Assembly: GCA_027604505.1 (NCBI GenBank)
Contig: JADIIX010000186.1
Coordinates: 1 to 35,392 of the forward strand
Length of the DNA stretch: 35,392 nt
Reading direction: 5' to 3'
Source of the DNA: Gonapodya sp. JEL0774
Taxonomy: Eukaryota
The notes under the pieces are model-generated. The model saw only the letters and a program-made list of their open reading frames with translations. It was not told where the DNA came from and did no database searches. Position 1 is the first letter of the stretch. The number at the start of each line of letters is the position of its first letter. The translations under genes and the position numbers were made by a program. Positions 1 through 10,406 of the stretch are shown here, one piece after another.

Positions 1-145
1 TCCGCCCCACCTCCGCCCCCGCTCCCCAAACCCCACATACCCCCCCCGCGACACCCCCCCCCCGTCGACACCCCCCCCCCCGTCCACCCCCCCCAAACAA
101 GCGGCCGCCGCCCCCGCCCCCCGCGCGCCGCGCGGCGGCCCCGAG
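1..145. repeat. C-rich low-complexity tract (G-rich on minus strand)
   Basis: Several runs of 7-11 C; the unit ACACCCCCCCCCC(C)GTC is near-duplicated around 49-85. Confidence 0.75.
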
Positions 146-317
146 GTGAGCACCGGAGGAGGAGGGTCGTCCCTCTGTCCCCTGTGCAATGAAGTCGAAC
201 ATGTTCCATATGGGAATTGTTGGGTGGGTGCATATGTGAAGGGGAGTGTGGTGTGGCGGCACCCCTCTTCGATCCTCCGATCCCTCCCCGATCACCCTCG
301 TCCCTGTGCCTCAATTT

Positions 318-428
318 CCCCCCTTTGCCCCCGGTCGCCCCGGTCTCCCCGGTCGCCCCAGTCTCCGGAATCTCTCCTTTCTCCGCTTTCTCCGCTTTCT
401 AACCTCTCTCCCCTTTGTCCCCTTGTCC
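318..428. repeat. Degenerate 9-bp tandem repeat
   Basis: Units ccccggtcg/ccccggtct/ccccggtcg/ccccagtct/ccggaatct/ctcctttct/ccgctttct/ccgctttct. Reads SPR/SPL on + and GDR/GER/GES on -. Confidence 0.7.
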
Positions 429-1730
429 GGTGCACCCGCCCTCCAACACCATAGTTCAACTGCACCACCTCACTCCCTATCACATGCGCTTGCACACTGA
501 CCCGCCCCATGATGTCCCGTGTCCCGTCCTCCCATCTCCCGCTTCTCGTCCTCCTTCCCCGACGCCCTCCACCGCTGTTACCTCCACGTGGTCGACGCGG
601 TGCCCGTCTCCCATTGCATTCAAAGGCAACCGACACAAACGCTCTCAAGTGCCGCTTGCTTGGCTGTCCAGCACATGTCGGTCACACCTGATACCCATCT
701 TGGAGAGACGATTCGCCTGCGTGTATGTACCTTGGAATAAGTGTCCAGACTCCACTACACGTATTATTTACGACGTACTGTACACCAATCAAACGAGCTC
801 TCCCTTCCGTACCCAATGTCTTTAAAAATATAAAAAATATACCCAAGCATTAACAAACACCACCACTTCTGCTCCACATACCACATACCGCACCCGTCCG
901 TCCCGTCCCTGGTACGTTGATCCTCCCGTGTTCCTCGTTCCGTTCGGGGGGTGGGGGGTGGGGGGGTTCCAGAGAGGACCGGGGACCCAGGACGATCGGC
1001 GAGGTGCGCTATGCGCGTGGGGCCACAACATCTACACCTGCTCCAACCTGTCCGTCCCACCATCCACCCCCCTACGCACCGCAGTGCCACGCACGAAAGG
1101 CCGTGCGCACGATGAAACATGGGAAAGAACATGACAAGGTAGGTGCGTTGGTGGTGGCGGAGTGGCCGTCTCGGTCGGAGAGTAACCAAGAGAGAGTGCG
1201 CGGAGGGTGGCAGTGCGGCGGAAATGGGTTCATCCAACGGCGTTTGGTAGTGAGCGACAGAGCTTTATTTTATTCGGGGGGAGAGGAGCGGGGAGATGTG
1301 GCTGTCGAGACGTGAGGTTGCACCTGCGTTGCATACTCTACTCCACGCCAACGTGTTGGACGGCGCTAGCGCCCGGAAACGTCAATGAGAATTCCGACAC
1401 GGCCGGTCCCCGGGGGTTCGAGGGATTGTCGTCAGCGTTTCCTTTGAGGAATCTGTTCCAACAGGTTCTGTCTGGGGGGAGAGTACAGCCGACGTGTCCT
1501 GGTCACCTGTTCCTTTTCGACGTGAACGGTGGTGTTGTGCTTCGAGGCGCACTCGAGTGCCGTTCGCCACGCCAGTGAAAATCGATGGATATGGTTTCAG
1601 TCATGGGTCATCGTAAGGGGATACGGCCAGCGAGGGGCGAGGGCCCAAACAGGTAAGGGGAGAGCGCGTTCCTGGGGCCCATTTTTAAATGGCAGTGCAG
1701 ACTGACACTACACCGACCCAATCCCCAGCC

Positions 1731-2789
1731 CTATAGCCCTCCCGAGTCCCGTGCCTTCCAGAACAAGCGTTCGTTGTTTGGTCGACAAATATGCCTTCCA
1801 GAACAAACGTTCGTTGACACGTATCTGGCCGAGGACTCAGAGAAAGTCTTGGAAACGAGGCGCAGAATCTCGGTGTACCCATGGCCGCCTCTATTAGTGC
1901 ATCTCGTTTCTTCCACGACTCTCCGCGCACGTCCGCCCCGGCCTGCTCCACCAGATACCTGACCACCTCGCGTTTCCCGTGGTGCACGGCGTCCCACAGC
2001 ACTCCGTCACCGTAGTCGTGGATATCGGCACCGTGATCGACGAGGAGAGAAGCAACGGATAGGTGGCCCATGACGGCAGCGGCCTTGAGCGTCTCAGTGC
2101 GGGTCATTCTAAGGCCCGGCTGGGGCGATACTGATCTTGTGGGTACCGACAAGGTAGCGGATCAGAACGTGGACATGCCCACCGCGGGCGCACATGTACA
2201 GGGCAAAGTCGTTGCTGCGGTATAGGATTTCCGCTCCGTGTTCCACGAGAAGCTTCACCGCATCGATATGACCCCCGTCACGTCACAAGCGAGGACCAGA
2301 GCGGTCCCGCAGCCCTGACTGGACGAGAGGTCAGCACCGAGGGAGATGATGGTCCGCAAGGTATTGGTGTTCACCGATCCTTGATGCAGCTTCGAGTGGG
2401 CTCATGAGAAGTCATGTTTGGGCAACGCACGCGCGCGGTGGTGAGCATACGAGGACGCGCAGGGGATCCTTACAGGCCAGACGGCACAGACACTTGACGA
2501 CGAGATGCTGACCCGGCTGCGACCGACGGGATTCATTCACGAGAGTGACTTTGGGAGTGGGACAGCCGTAGTGGGCGATGGCGCGGGCAGCGAAGGAGTG
2601 CGGTGAGCGGAAGACGGAGACGAGGCGACGGGTGAGTGCGCCAGTGGGGAGGGCGAGGTGGAATGGAAGGAAAAGTGCGATGCGCAGGAGAATTTCAGTG
2701 GGAAGGTCGCAGGAGTGTGGGCGCCACTGATGGCTGCAGGGGGAGGGTGATTCCAGAAACCCAGAGCGAACCGGGTCGAGTTGAGACAA
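1731..2789 (-). pseudogene. F-box-like + ankyrin-repeat pseudogene, paralog of 3081-3962
   Basis: DLPTEILLRIALFLPFHLALPTGAL...AARAIAHYG...QHLVV aligns with the 3081 gene. Ankyrin pieces lie in different frames: GTALVLACD, GHIDAVKLLVEHGAEI, AAVMGHLSVASLLVDHGADIH, AVHHGKREVVRYLVEQAGAD, HGYTEILRL. Several frameshifts, one from a 5-bp duplication at 2276-2285. Confidence 0.85.
1752..1816. repeat. 25-bp direct repeat, 40-bp period
   Basis: tgccttccagaacaagcgttcgttg (1752-1776) vs tgccttccagaacaaacgttcgttg (1792-1816), one mismatch. Confidence 0.9.
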
Positions 2790-3080
2790 TTACGAGGTTG
2801 AGAGGGCGGAGACTCAAGAGCAACGGCGACACTTTGAGGGATCGATAAGGAGAAGAAATCGAAACTGCGTACTCGATGGCGATGGCAAAACGATTTTTTG
2901 AAATGTTTGTCCTTCATATCGTACATACAACGTAAAATCCATCCTCGCATAATATCAGAAACCCAGCGTGCGCTGTACTCGCCGCCATCGCTTACAAGCA
3001 CCTTACTTGACCGTTGTTATCGCATCCATCTTACGCGCCGTCTCAAATCGATCCACTCGTGGACTGCGACAGCGAAACCG

Positions 3081-3962
3081 ATGTCCATTCCAACTCGTCA
3101 CTTTGTACTGACCAACTTGCCGACAGAAATCCTTCTTCTCATTGGACAATACCTTTTCTGCCGGCTTGGATTGCCGACATCAGCTCTCAACAAGGTTCTG
3201 GTCGCGGTGTTTGGCACTCCGGACAACATTGCAGCTCGCGCCATCGCCCATTACGGTGGTTCTTCTGCGAGTGCATTGGTATGGGAGTCTCACATTGTCG
3301 CTCCTGATCAACACCTCGTCGTTGAAGCCATCTATCACCGAGTGTTTCGACGACCAGATTTTCACATCGACGACGACGCGGCCGGACCCTACAGAGATAC
3401 GTTCACTCCACTCAACGCTGCCGTTGAAATAGGAAATGTACAAGTCGTGCGCTCGTTGCTCAAGATGGGCGCCGACGCCACTACCAAAGACACTCTGCAA
3501 TACGCGTGCACCCGCGGACAGGCTCCCAATGTGGAGGTGTTGAAGCTTTTGGCGGAGCACGGGGCGAATCTCGATGGATACGACTACTTTGCGATTGAAG
3601 ATTGTTCGGGTGAAGGTTATGTGGAAGTCGTCCGCTTCCTGCTGGATCAGGGTAGCCCAGTGGAGGGTAGGGGATTATTTTCCGGACCGCTCCAACGCGC
3701 CGCCCGAGGTGGTCATCGAGAGGTCGTCGAATTGCTTCTGGAACGCGGGGCGGACATTCACCGCGATAACAACGCAGCACTGTGGAATGCAGTGTATGAA
3801 AGAAAAGCGGAGATGGTCGAGCTGTTGCTGGAGAGGGGTGCGAATCCCGAGGGACACTCTATACTCAAAAAACACGCAATACGGAACGCAAACGACGAGA
3901 AGTACTCGGGTGTTCTTCTAAGACTAATTTCAAACTACGATCCAAGAGGCCAATCTTACTAA
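3081..3962 (+). CDS. F-box-like domain + ankyrin-repeat protein (293 aa, intronless)
   Basis: ATG 3081. N-terminal LTNLPTEILLLIGQYL is F-box-like. About 5 ankyrin repeats: TPLNAAVEIGNVQVVRSLLKMGAD, EVLKLLAEHGAN, GYVEVVRFLLDQG, GPLQRAARGGHREVVELLLERGAD, ALWNAVYERKAEMVELLLERGAN. Confidence 0.9.
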   Translation: MSIPTRHFVLTNLPTEILLLIGQYLFCRLGLPTSALNKVLVAVFGTPDNIAARAIAHYGGSSASALVWESHIVAPDQHLVVEAIYHRVFRRPDFHIDDDAAGPYRDTFTPLNAAVEIGNVQVVRSLLKMGADATTKDTLQYACTRGQAPNVEVLKLLAEHGANLDGYDYFAIEDCSGEGYVEVVRFLLDQGSPVEGRGLFSGPLQRAARGGHREVVELLLERGADIHRDNNAALWNAVYERKAEMVELLLERGANPEGHSILKKHAIRNANDEKYSGVLLRLISNYDPRGQSY

Positions 3963-4664
3963 ACGGCCTCATTGCAACTTACTCTTGTTGTACCATCGAC
4001 GGCAGAGTGACGGGCATGTGAACACCACTTGCATATTGCAAAGGGAGAAGTGAATCTGCGATCGCGTACTTTTACATGTCAATACAACCGACGGCGCGTT
4101 CGATCATATTTCTTACCCTCTTTCGGTGACCAAACGACTGGTAGTAAGATACCACGCACCTCGAAACCCCCCTCAGTGTATCCATGTCTTGCTTTTGAAA
4201 AAACGCTCACCATTTTTATGGAGCAGTCCCGCATCTTCTTGCATACCTTTATTTCCCGATGTAGATTCACCGGTGCGGTGTGGCTTGGCGGGGATCTGGC
4301 GGCGGAACCTTGGCACATGGAGGGGCGCATTTCATTAGATGTACCGCCACGATATAAGTAATTCGGTTTGGAGTGTGTTACGCTCAGGGGACGCCTCTGC
4401 TGTCTTACTGCGTGTTGTCAGTCATGTCGCTAAAACGCACAACAGCTTCATTCACTCACAACGTGCCCAGTCCGAAGCGCCTATCCTCTGCATTATGTTA
4501 CTTGCAGAATTGGGGACGAAAAGCGGCGAGCGTCAGCCACAGAAATAAATAAATTGGGTTTTCTGAATGAATGTCCGCAACAGATCCGCCATGTCCGCCT
4601 TGGCCCTCTCCTTGCAAAAAGTACCTGCGTCTCCCACCCCTTTTAAAACCCCCATCAACGCTTG

Positions 4665-6531
4665 ATGACGACCAATCTGGACAAGGATCTCATTCAAGCT
4701 GTTGAAGCCGCGGACGCGAATGAAGTCCGTCGGTTGCTGGACGCCGGAGCGAGAGCCACCGCGGCGAAAAGGGTGACAATCACGTTCGATGTGGCGTCGC
4801 AGATATACAAGTTCAAACGGGACAAGGTGGAGAGGAAAACGGACACAGTGGACTGCGAAAGTGCATTGGCGCTGGCGATCATGCGTGCGCAACCGGAGAT
4901 CGTCGGCATGTTGCTCGAAGCGGGGGCACCGCCGAACCGCGAAATCAGATGGAAGCGGAGCGCGTTCGGGACTTGGAACATGCCGATAGGGGATTGGGAG
5001 GTGGCACGGTGGGAATGCGAATACTTTTTCCCGAGTGCGCTGACGTTAGCCCTCGGGAAGGGCGGCAAGGGAGTGACCGCTGCGACGGGCAAGGTGGTGA
5101 CCATCCCGAATTCCAAAAACATTCTCGCGATCAACTTGCCCGGCGGCCATGTGGATATTTTCCGCCCCAGACTCGTGGACGATGTGCGGGTGCAGTTGCA
5201 GATCGTGCCTTCCATCGAAATTGTACGCCTCTTGTTGGACGCGGGTGCAACGGTGACCGAAAAGGAACTGGACGCCGCGAAGTCCAACTCGGACCCAAAG
5301 TTCCTGGAACTCTTGCTGTTGTTCCTCGGTGAGACGCCTCTCCCCGCACCTGCATCATATCGCCCACCGGAGCGTCGCGAGTCGGCCGACGCACCCATCA
5401 CCGTCACTTCACCCTCCGATGGACTCGCGCGAGAATCGTCATTTGAGACGGCGACCGAATCAATTGCAACTGCTGGCGGCCAGGACACTGCTCGTCAACT
5501 TCGCCGCCTGTTGTACCGAGCGGTTGATGCAGAAACACGCGCCGAGAACGCCGAGACTCGGTGCAGAGAGTTTGAGGCGCTCGCAACGAGACTACGAGAT
5601 CTCAACGAGCAGCTGGTCGCGGATGCTGAGTCAACAGCGGATCAAGTTGAGGATCTCATGAATAGTAACGAGGCACTTCAATCCAAGGTTGTGGATTTGG
5701 AAAGTTCAAACGCCGCTTTGACGGCGGCTGTAAAGACGTTGCAAGCTGAACTACAGAAAGCCCACCCTGAGAGACAAGCGGCGGCAGTCCCGGGACAAGT
5801 CTCGGCCGTACCGGAGAACATCAAGCCCCCAATAGTGTCAGAAGCACCAACGGTTGAGACGGCAGACGGTGACGGGACCTCGGAAGAAGAACTTTCTTTG
5901 AACTTTGGGGACCAAGCTCTCTTCAAACATGACGATGCCAATCAATGGGGCACTGTGAGTATCGACGAGGGCTACACTGTTTGAGCTTACACTGTGTGAA
6001 CTCTGGATCTCATGGTACGATAACTGATACATGTCTTTGTGAAAGGGCCACCAACCTGCTGCTCCCTCCACAGTCCCTGTGAACAACCTTCAACAGTCCA
6101 CTTTGCAAACCGTCCCTTGGTCTCCCACTCCAGGATACGATTCACGTCTCCAGCAACCCACGCTTTCAGACGCCAAATTATATATGCAGTCTTTTGCAGC
6201 CACGCCAGACGCTCCCCTCACGTCAGTAAGCGCTACACCAAGGGTATCACAAAAGGTTTCACCTCGACGGCATCCTGCCTCACCCTCCAGTCCCTCCGAT
6301 TTGCTGGACTGGTATCAGGCTGCGCAAATATCAAACGAATCGTCACATCTCCGAGATTCTGGAGTTTTTGGCGTTGGGACATCCTCGAGCCCGGCCACTC
6401 GGTCAATGTCAACGAGGATCACCAGTGGCTTGTCGAGTCGGCGCATCCCATCTGGGAGTTCAAGCGTCGCTGATCACATGCATGATGGGTTTTTGAATGA
6501 GCCAATGAGGAGGAGAGGTAGCATAAACTAG
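4665..6531 (+). CDS. Interrupted-ankyrin-like domain + coiled coil + degenerate SH3 + Ser/Pro-rich tail; exons 4665-5954 and 6046-6531
   Basis: Ankyrin-like helices (LIQAVEAADANEVRRLLDAGA, SALALAIMRAQPEIVGMLLEAGA), a heptad-rich segment at ~5500-5760 and SH3-like EEELSLNFGD...QWGT. A phase-0 intron 5955-6045 (GTGAGT...AAG) joins in frame to the 6079-6531 ORF, which contains YDSR as in paralog 21613-23372. Exon 1 is more certain than exon 2. Confidence 0.8.
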
Positions 6532-7385
6532 TTACGACATGCATGAATTTGAGGGCGTTTTATACTTGTAGATGCATCACTCTTTGTTGTGAGTTACCGA
6601 TAGCGGCCGATATAAATTTCAATTTTGGGTCAGAATACATATTTATGTAAGCATTCTAGCTACGTAATAACTTTGACCAATGTATTTCGACACTGTGACG
6701 TGACAATAATATGCATCTCCACCACCTCTTTGGGAGGGTGACGGTAATTCACCGCGCCACCTTGCGTGCAGAACGCCCTCTGCCTCCGAGTGCCTGGCGG
6801 ACGAAGTTCGGACGCCATGCAGTGGTGCCTTTGCTGCGATCGACCGCCTTGACTTGGAGTACACGCATTCGGCGAGGAAATGAGTGGCAAAGTGCTGTTC
6901 AGGGGGATGAAAGGACAAATTAGTGACGATCATGTCGTGGAGTTGAATGGTCTATAATACGATGAAGTGAAGACTCCCACTCCACAACAAGCTTACCACA
7001 GCGTTAATGAGTGTCATGATGATTTGCAGAATGAGTGCTTATTCAAGTGCGATTATGAATACTAGGCAAATCACTTCCGCCTGTCGTCCGAATTTATACA
7101 CTTGGCGCTGGCGACGATCAGTGAAGTCTCCGAAGGATCAAAGAAAATGCTTGAGCGAAGACCGTAGAGTGCCATGGCCTGCATCAGGTTTCTGGAAGGC
7201 GCAATGACTAGAAGAAGCGAGCCAAGGGACATATTGCAAAAGAAGTCTTACAATCCATCACGATTTGGCCATCCCAGCTGAAACAATTATCAGCCGATAA
7301 CTTCCCGGTGTAATCTCAACTGATCGATTATCGATTTCCCCCTCTGTTCGGTCTCTGATTCGGTCGTGGCTGAAACTCGGCCATC

Positions 7386-9949
7386 ATGTTGCAGAGAGTT
7401 GCCATTTACATTGACCTCGAACTCGCAATCCATTCCTCCAATTCCTCTTCTCCACGTTCTCCCGGCAGAACATCGAATCCACCAGATGAACAGCTCCCCA
7501 TACTTGACACGATTGTGTCGAAAAGAGACACACTCGAGTCCCTCCTCCTTCTCCTCTACCATCAAGTTCCGGCTGTCCGGGATAAGTTCCACGCCTTTCG
7601 CTTCCGCAGCGACTGGAATAAGAAAGATCTTCTATTTCAAAGCACCGTGGGTGATACAGCAGACGCGTGGCCTGATTTCAGCAACCGGAACCTATCGTTC
7701 GCGCGATACACGTCTGCCCTCCCGCTCAAGTTTGACGAGCCTCTGGAACTCCAGCTTGTCACACGAACAGAACGCCTCGAGGAAATTCATAAAGACGTCC
7801 TGTACGTAGAAAAGGCGTATTGGCACCACGTCTCGGCCGTATCCTACCTGGAGAAAATGAGCGTCCTCCTGTCGGACAATAACAGCAACGACACAGACTT
7901 AGTATCCAATCATTCACATACCTTGAACGAGCAGCGTCTCGCGAAGATATCGCAGATCTCTCATCTCCGCTCCATGATGACTCAGTGGCGAGCGTACTCA
8001 GATTCTCATCTCATCACTGATTTCGCCGCAAATCTTCCCGAGACGACAACGTCGGATGATGATTCGATCGAGACCATCCAAATCTGGCTCCGTCACATCC
8101 GAAAGACCAAAACTGCTTTGAACCGCGTGCCGGATGACCTCGTTGACAAATTCCTGCCGTTCTTGCGTCTGCAGCTTCGAGAGCCGCCCGCCGGTTTCAA
8201 CACTCTAGGCGAAGCGGAAGGCCAGCGAATGACGGCGACAGGCACATCGTTCGTGCACGGGACTTCAATCACCGAAAAGCGCAAATTGCAAGATGAGTAT
8301 GTGGCAACGAAGTCCGCTCAACTTGGTCAAGTGTCGGAGAAAGAAATCGCCGACGCTTCTACCACAGCATGGTATAGCAATGCAAGCAGATCATTCATGG
8401 AAAGCATACTCGTGAATGAGTCGTTTCGCCAGTTTTACCCGAGGCGAACAGAGCAGGCAAAGTGGTACTCCCTCGAGAAATTGTGGGGATATCTCACAGA
8501 GGTGGAGAAAAGGTACTGGTGGAAGAGAGACGCTTGGATGTCTAAAATAAAGAAATTTTCCAACCGGAACTCAAAATGGTTCCGAGAAGCGTGGTGAGTG
8601 TCAACTCACATGCAATTACGAAGATTTTAGATTCGCACACTGTTAGGCGTATTTCTGAAAAAATCCAACGTCTCAATATTTAGGCTACCCTTGCAGTCAC
8701 CTCCATCTCCGTCTCTTGCGCTAAAACTTCCCGTCGTTGTTTCTGCCGTACCATTCCCTGCGAGTAACCCTTCATTCACCATAAAGTCTGGATATATACT
8801 CTGGGGCCAACTAGCAACAATCGCATACGGCGGTGTCGTGTCTCCCGCCACTGCATCCGATGAACCAACCGCTCCTCGCGAGAGATGGACAGGAGGCACT
8901 GTCGTACAGCACGCTTTCACGTACCGCGCGAGATGTCGGAACGGAACTTGGAAGATTGCTCGCATATCAGCGAATGATGCAGATGCTGAACAGTTCGGAG
9001 ACACACCAGAGGACATGAATAGTGTAGGATGGATTGTGTACCACGAGAGTGTGAACCTCGGTGATGCCGTCGTTAGAGCAAGTAGAATCACCACACGGGA
9101 CGCGATTTCGAATGGTAATACTCATCCAGATAAGGTGAGTAGCTCTATGTGACAATGGTAGTGATATTGACTTTGTACATGATGATGTCCGTTCTGCCAT
9201 GGATTGAAAAACAACCCTCAAATCAGGGGGTCGTCTACGTCAACCGATACGACTGGTCAGGTTACGGGGCTGCAACTGGAAACTCGGAATTTTCCTCCAA
9301 TTTCTCCGCGTGGTTCCACGATGATCCAGAGGTTGCCGATATCTTCGAGTTGTTGAAGAACCACCACGGCGTAGGACACTTTGCGGTTGTGGACGCAGCG
9401 AAATTTTCATTGGATATGCTCGAATGTGGGATGGCGTGAGTCGTGCTTCGTGCTGCTAATGCTTTCGTGGGGATGTTGTACTGGGCGAGTTGACGGTGAA
9501 CAAATCTCATACGAGCACGCGACCTCCATCCCTTAGAGCGCGAATGAACCGCATTGGTAGTACATCAGAAGGTACTTTTGAGTGGCTATTCCAGGGAAAA
9601 GAAGGTGGGGCGTTTGGAGCTTGTGTACAGGATAAGAACACAGGGTACGAGCTGGGTGAGTGTGAGGGAATGCATTGTGATTTTACGGTAGTAGTACCAT
9701 AATTGAACGCGACCACTTTCGGAATTTCTTTTGCCAATCCGCATCTGTCGCGGATGCATTGGATCCATTGTGCCAGGCTGGCAGATCTACGAACCCATCA
9801 CCGAAACCTCGGAGGACAGTACACTCACGGTTACAGGCCACGAGTTGGTGGCTTTCCTGTATGATTCTTCGTATCACACTCTAAATGGCGACAGATTCTT
9901 GGTTGATGGGCAAGTGTATCCCACAGTTGATGAAGTGATGGCAGAGTAG
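7386..9949 (+). CDS. Uncharacterised 5-exon protein (~719 aa); exons 7386-8593, 8684-9134, 9227-9435, 9537-9655, 9777-9949
   Basis: Four introns, all starting GTGAGT and ending YAG (90, 92, 101, 121 nt). Each is phase-compatible and together they join five separate ORFs into 2160 nt with no internal stop. Start codon uncertain. Confidence 0.75.
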
Positions 9950-10406
9950 TCGGGATTACGAATACGTACGTTTTTCAAAAGATAAGCACACGACATGGAA
10001 ACATTTATTATATAAAGCTCCGCTCGGTCTGTCAAAAACATGCCTCATTGCACAAATCCGTTCGTTGATGCGAAGAATTTTCCATATACTTTTCCAAAAC
10101 CTGTCAAACTGGCATCCAGAAATGATACGGCGACGTGCGCTCCTAACGCGGGAAAAATCGTTTGGTACAGTGGAGAAGAAAGTCGTAGAGAGAGCAAACG
10201 GACAAAGCACTGGAGAACTTCGGTGGGGTTTGTGACATGAACGAAAAATATTCACAAGAACAAGAGCGCATGCAGCTCGGATCAGAAAAATTGAAAAAGT
10301 TCTTCTTGTGGTGTCGTGACACTACAAAAATTTGCTTCTAGTTTGCTTCTAGATGTAACGCGGACTGAGTTCATCACAGCTCCGTCAGACCCCCATCACA
10401 CTACTT

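Noticed and set aside
415..1580. Overlapping Pro/Gly/Arg-rich ORFs (also 15.2-17.7 kb and 23.5-25.7 kb)
   Set aside because: No consistent frame, domain or splice model; explained by low complexity and GC skew.
1752..1816. CRISPR-like repeat-spacer-repeat (also 27395-27441)
   Set aside because: Only two units, spacer 15 bp or none, no cas genes, eukaryotic context.
2898..3080. ORF-track N-terminal extension of the F-box/ankyrin gene
   Set aside because: Starts at TTG; the first ATG is 3081, directly before the F-box motif, as expected for a eukaryote.
4694..5488. 264-aa minus-strand ORF (and similar 11513-12367, 13751-14197, 22957-23535)
   Set aside because: Antisense shadows of real genes in GC-rich sequence, with no recognisable motifs.
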